Assembly: GCF_000143415.4 (NCBI RefSeq)
Contig: NW_003314303.1
Coordinates: 1,239,322-1,303,321 of the forward strand
Source: Selaginella moellendorffii
Taxonomy: Eukaryota; Plantae; Lycopodiophyta
DNA: 64,000 bases
Direction: 5' to 3'
Shown: positions 58,900 through 64,000 of the stretch, in pieces
Layout: each line of letters opens with the position of its first letter
How positions within the stretch are numbered: position 1 is the stretch's first letter
Program-made: the position numbers and the translations under genes
The notes under the pieces: generated by a model
What the model was told of the DNA's origin: nothing
Seen by the model: only the letters and a program-made list of their open reading frames with translations
Databases searched by the model: none

Positions 58900-61800
58900 C
58901 ATGAATGCATTTCCAATGGAACTCCAACACTTGGTTTCTAACGCTGCATTGCTTTCCTTAACACAGATTTGATTTTATTTATCAAAGAATGGATACTAAC
59001 GCACTATAAACCAAAATTATGTTATTTTATTAGATAAGTTTAGCTTATGAATACACTAGATAATTTAGAAATATAGTTTTATGACACTAGAACACTATAA
59101 ACTATGTGTATTATGGGAATGGAATATAGAAATATGCATATCAATTTGCCCAAAAACCCTAGTTTATATATAAAACTGAGTACTTCAAATTAAAACCAAT
59201 CCAATTTTTATTAAAATCCTAGTATACTAATATTAATATACAACATTATAATTGTACGCTTATACTTCACATCATCCCCTCCTCTCAAAAGGATAGAAAG
59301 CAATTAAGTTCTTTGGTTGACAAGCTAAAATCTAAAGGAACATCAAGATGAGGGATTAATGAATTTATAAGTAGTGTTAATTGTTCTTTATCCCTTTGTA
59401 TGAAGCATTTTAGTTAATGCATATGCACAAATCAGCATATTGAACATTTGGGAAAATGAATTAATATTGTCATCCACTTTATACTCTATAATGAACAATA
59501 ATAGGAATTGTAGCATTATTATTGTCCCATTTATATGCAACCCAACAAACTCTAGTCAAACTAATAGAAGAATGTTCATTATATATAAATCCTAAAATCT
59601 AACTGTAAGCAACTAAAGAGAATAACTCAAAAGATAATTTATGATGTTTAAATATAAAAGGAAAAGGCCCATAAATAAGAGTGCACTTCTTTTTCCAATC
59701 AGTTAAAAGTCTTGGGATACTTAAGGGTAAATATCTTTGGGTTTGAATAGTATTGAGACAGGTGACCTCCTAGAAGTCTAAATTCAAGAGCTTACACTAG
59801 CATTAGCAACTCGTTAAAAGGAAGTATTTAACAGTTATCACGGATGCACTAACAAAATCATTGACTTCCAGTAATTATATGCAATAATGATGTAGGTTAG
59901 GGTTATGAATCAGCTAGCAAGTAACCTGTTCACAACTATAGTTAGCTTGGCTACAACTCTTCTACATACTTCAGTTTAGGCTATAGCACTACTCTATAGT
60001 TGGTGCTCATTGTGGTATATGTGTGGTTGACTGCTACCAGCTTTGTGTGTTCTATATACAATTGTCAAGGGCAGGTGTGTGGTGAGTTCTTTTGAGTTCT
60101 AGCAGTCTGATTCTAACAATCTTTAGTACTTGTTTGTGCCTCATATCTGTGAAGAACGAAAACAAGAATTAGTTCAATCAAAGTTTGGTTTGTTTTTCTC
60201 TTATTTTGTAGGATGGTGGACATGGTATGGGCAATCATGATGCATGGTGACCATGGCTTTGGCACTTATGGCAAGTAGCAACTTCTAAAACTATAGTTGT
60301 GAAGCTATAAAATGTGAGCTTACAATACTCCCAGCAAGAACACCTAAAAGTCAAACTTTCAAGCCTAGCAAGAACACCCAAAAATAGGTTAAGGCAACCC
60401 AATTATTTTGATTTAATTTCTCAATTGATAACTATTTAGGGATTCTCATGGTTGAGTAAAGGCTTGTGATTGTTTGGAGTGGACCTTTTGAGCAGTAGTT
60501 CAGTTCTCGCAGGAAAGTGCTAACATAAGTATGAGGTTTCCTCCAAGAACATTTGCATCCTGGACTGGAATTTTTCTTCATTATTTTATTATATTAATAG
60601 TATATTAATACTTTTTTCTAGTACAAACTATAGCTATGAATAATTTTGAAGTATGTTTTAGTTACTAAGGTGGACAATGTAAATAGAAAATATTCATAGT
60701 TTATTAAAAAACTATATATAATAACTCTATAAGGGGTTAATGGGATTCTTGTGGGAAAAGGAAAAGTAATTAACTAAGAATTTAAAAAAAAAACATATAA
60801 CTGTGGTAAATACAGGTCTATACATAAATTATAACAAAAAACACCATTTGAGAAAGGTTATGAATATATATACTATCTTTGGGACAAGATTGATAGTATT
60901 TTTCTCCTCAAAAAATATGCATGAATGTGTTATCACTCAATCATACAAGAGACAACTAGTGAAAAAGAATCCCCAAATGCACACAAAGTTGTTATAAACA
61001 GTACACCTATTATATTACATGATATTAATGAAACACAAACTCGCATACATGTTAGACTCCTTGGAGGAAGATGTACATGCTAAGGATAGCCTTACATGTG
61101 AGTTGTTTGGTGACTTAACCCCACAGGACATTGATAAAATTGGCAATGGACATTGACAAACATGAGGAAGTCCTTAACATTTCACATGTTATAAAATAAT
61201 TGAACTAGATAATGTAGAAAGAAGAAAAATAGATATATAAAGTGTGTTCTACTTTATAATAAAATATGCAATAATATATTCTTTAAATATTACTTTCACG
61301 ACTCATCAATGATAGTGAGAATGTGAAATCAATAAAATCCGTTGATACAAGTAGAAGAAAAACTAGTACATCGAAATATATTCTACTTTCAAATAAAACA
61401 TGGAATTAATATATTCTTTGAATAGTGCCTTTAGGATCTTAGCAACTTGTTAGAAATGTTAATTTGATAATGGTCTATCTTAAAACGATATTCAAAAGGA
61501 AAATGACAAATATGATAGCTAAAGAAGCTGTCTTGTGAAATAGATTGTGTTTACAATTGATGTGTTAGTGGAAGATAATATGTTCACAAAAATGAACTAC
61601 TGCTCACAAATGGAATTATTGTTGATGTGCTGGTAAAGGAGAAAGTATTCACAAATGGAGCTACTACAAATGTGTTGGTTTGAAGAGAAGGTGTTCATAA
61701 GTGGAGTTCCTGATGGATTTATAAATGTTGAGCATACTAAAAATATTGAAGAAAACCCCATTCATAATGGACATGATAAACATAATGTGGATATGGTTTA

Positions 61801-62900
61801 TAAGCCCAAAATGGATGATCTAGAGATAGTAAAGGAATCATTGTTTACAAGTGAAGTTCTTATTGAAATTGAAAAAGATTATAAACAATGAGGACATGAA
61901 AATTGCTAAGGAGATAATATTGACAAATAGAGTAGAAATGTTAAGTGAAAATGGACTTGAAGAATTTTTCTAAAAATCTGGTGTTGAAAAAAAAAAAGAC
62001 TATAAATCAAGCAATACAACATCAAAAGAGTCCATATATACTTGAGTGTATGTTTAATGACTTTATATGACCAATATATATTAGAAATATGTGGCAAGCC
62101 TGTTAGTCCACTTCCCTCAACCTAATTTAAGTGATAGAGGTAGTTCTAGAGGAAATTATGGCATACAAAAATCTAAAATATGCTATTTAATTTGAGGTTT
62201 CTTATATCTACTTTTAATGACTCATCTTTCCTGGAATAAATTAATTGAAAAGCATCCATGGCTTTCATCTTCATTCTTATGCATATCAATGCCAAAAACC
62301 TCCTTGTTAGAACTAGATATGTATATGTTTTCCTATGTTTACCTTAAATTCCTCATCTTTCCTAGTAAGTGTTTTTTGGGACCTCTATAATCAATAGCCT
62401 TACCATGAATGTTTATGCTTCATATAATTTATATTTATCAGTTTCAAAAAATTTATGAGGAAATAAAATTATGTCTTACATATCTTATTGGGAATAAAAA
62501 ATACTAAAGTAAATAGCACAATCCAGATTTAAATCTCCAACAACTTGCATAACAAAGAGTGCATAAAAGCAATGTTAATTCTTGAAAATGCACCCATTTT
62601 AAAGGATTATTTGGCTCAATAATTCTAGAACCACATTAGCACCTTAACATATGAATGCATAAAAATTTTAAATTTGTTGCAAATATTCGTAAACCTTAGT
62701 AGTTTGAGCACTTTATTTTATGCCCATCTTATAATATTCAATAGTGATGATGTAAAGTTAAAGCCAAAATTAAATAGTCTTTTGTGTCAAAAAGATCAAT
62801 GTACTCAAGCTTAAAGCTTATGCACTACATATAAAGCAATTCAATATTGGAATTTTAAGCCAAATTTATGATGTGTTGTATAATAGATATTATATTATAA
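58900..62900. other. AT-rich, CpG-depleted region, probably decayed repeat or transposon sequence
   Basis: Compositional shift with few CpG, degenerate coding-like repeats at 61555-61715 and no intact ORF. Confidence 0.5.
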
Positions 62901-62921
62901 ATATGAGAATTTTTATTAATT

Positions 62922-63712
62922 TTATTTGAAACATCCAAGATGATTTGTTGTGTGTGTAGCCCACCAAACTTTTTCATTATTTATTATATAAGACACTAAA
63001 TTAAAATTATTTAGTAATTTTAAATAAGTAAAAAAATAACAAAAAGGACTATTTGAGCAATATTTATTAATAGACCAAATTACTATATTATTTTCAGTAT
63101 ATAATACAAGATTACCATCATTTTGAATTTTAAGAAAGCATAAACCATAATAAGTTTTTATATTGTCTGATTTCCATATTAAATTTCTTTTAGAATAAAG
63201 TGAAACTTTGCAATTTGATTCAATTAGTAATATATTTTTTCCATTTGAAGATCTTAAAAATTGTCCAGTAAAAAGAATATTATTTTTAAATCCAGCATTT
63301 AATGTTGTTAAACAGCTCTCTTGAATGAGTATAGTGTTATTTGATAAAAGTGAATCTAAGAGATTTTTATAAAAAAAGAAGGAATATTGAAGTTGGTAGT
63401 TAGGATTCATAATTCTACAAGAATTTGAACGTGCATTTCTTATAACATCTCTATAACCATTTATTATTCTATATAAACCATAATATAAACTATTACCTGT
63501 TAAATCTTCCCTATCTATGTTAACACAATATCTATTAGGTACACGTTTAATTTGTGTAACAATAACGCCTCTTGATTAATAATTATTTGAATTTCTTCTT
63601 CATTTAAAGTATTATTATTTCCCCAGGAAACGACTGTTGTTATCTGAATAAAAAAATATATGTTTAAAAATAAAATTTTAAAATATATTAAAATTAAAAC
63701 TAAGTTTTTCAT
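62922..63712 (-). pseudogene. Secreted bulb-type (GNA-like) lectin-domain gene with one apparent frameshift
   Basis: B-lectin motifs ILFTGQFL, IWKSD, CFLKIQNDGNLVLY and VWWATHT. The lectin frame stays open up to ~63575 and overlaps a signal-peptide ORF (63515-63712) in another frame. Confidence 0.75.
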
Positions 63713-64000
63713 TGATAAATTTTGAATATTTCAATTTTAATTGAAGGATTGTTTTAAAATAAGCATAACACTTTGAAATTTATAATGACCTCACTTTTTC
63801 TAAAATAATTTTTAATTGTAGGATAATTATTATTAAATTATTATAATTTTATTACATAGTTTGTAATTTTGGAATTAAATTTTGTATTTTGAACTATAGA
63901 ATTATTCTAAGGATTGTGATTATTTTTAGATAGATTCCTTAGTTTTCGAGTTTTTTTATATATTATTATTACATAATGGAATATTTATAACAGTTGGATT

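Noticed and set aside
59891-60118. Possible solo LTR (tgt...aca)
   Set aside because: No target-site duplication, second LTR, PBS or PPT could be identified.
62340-62400. TLTRKDEEFK on the minus strand resembling a Ty3/gypsy RT-RNaseH linker
   Set aside because: The match is too short and has no flanking RT or RNase H motifs.

Overview
Eukaryotic land-plant nuclear DNA. It is gene-dense with very short (~50-70 nt) GT-AG introns and GC-rich single-exon genes, and is most consistent with a lycophyte such as Selaginella (inference from gene architecture, not a database match). From left to right: (1) a ~3.4 kb inverted duplication of an ABCB/P-glycoprotein gene, with the left copy frameshifted and truncated and the right copy intact. 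It brackets relics of a PPR gene, a microbial-type 2OG-Fe(II) oxygenase, a GH1 beta-glucosidase and a GMC oxidoreductase, plus a variant U2 snRNA, a WD40 gene and an AT-rich island. (2) A thaumatin-like gene. (3) A cluster of AWPM-19, two tRNA-Thr genes, a TPK channel and a second AWPM-19, with a duplicated promoter. (4) A tandemly duplicated module of an intronless prokaryote-like P-loop ATPase, a secreted 8-Cys peptide and the 3' end of a receptor-like kinase. (5) A GT32 glycosyltransferase. (6) A co-directional run of DUF7138-like, LHT, GLDP, PDI, kinesin-7 and AMSH genes. (7) A head-to-head pair of intronless U2AF65 genes. (8) A carboxylesterase pseudogene. (9) A terminal AT-rich block with a frameshifted secreted bulb-lectin gene. 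The best candidate for an undescribed system is the ATPase plus Cys-rich peptide module at 26.3-29.2 kb. Multi-exon gene coordinates run from start codon to stop codon and were placed by eye.
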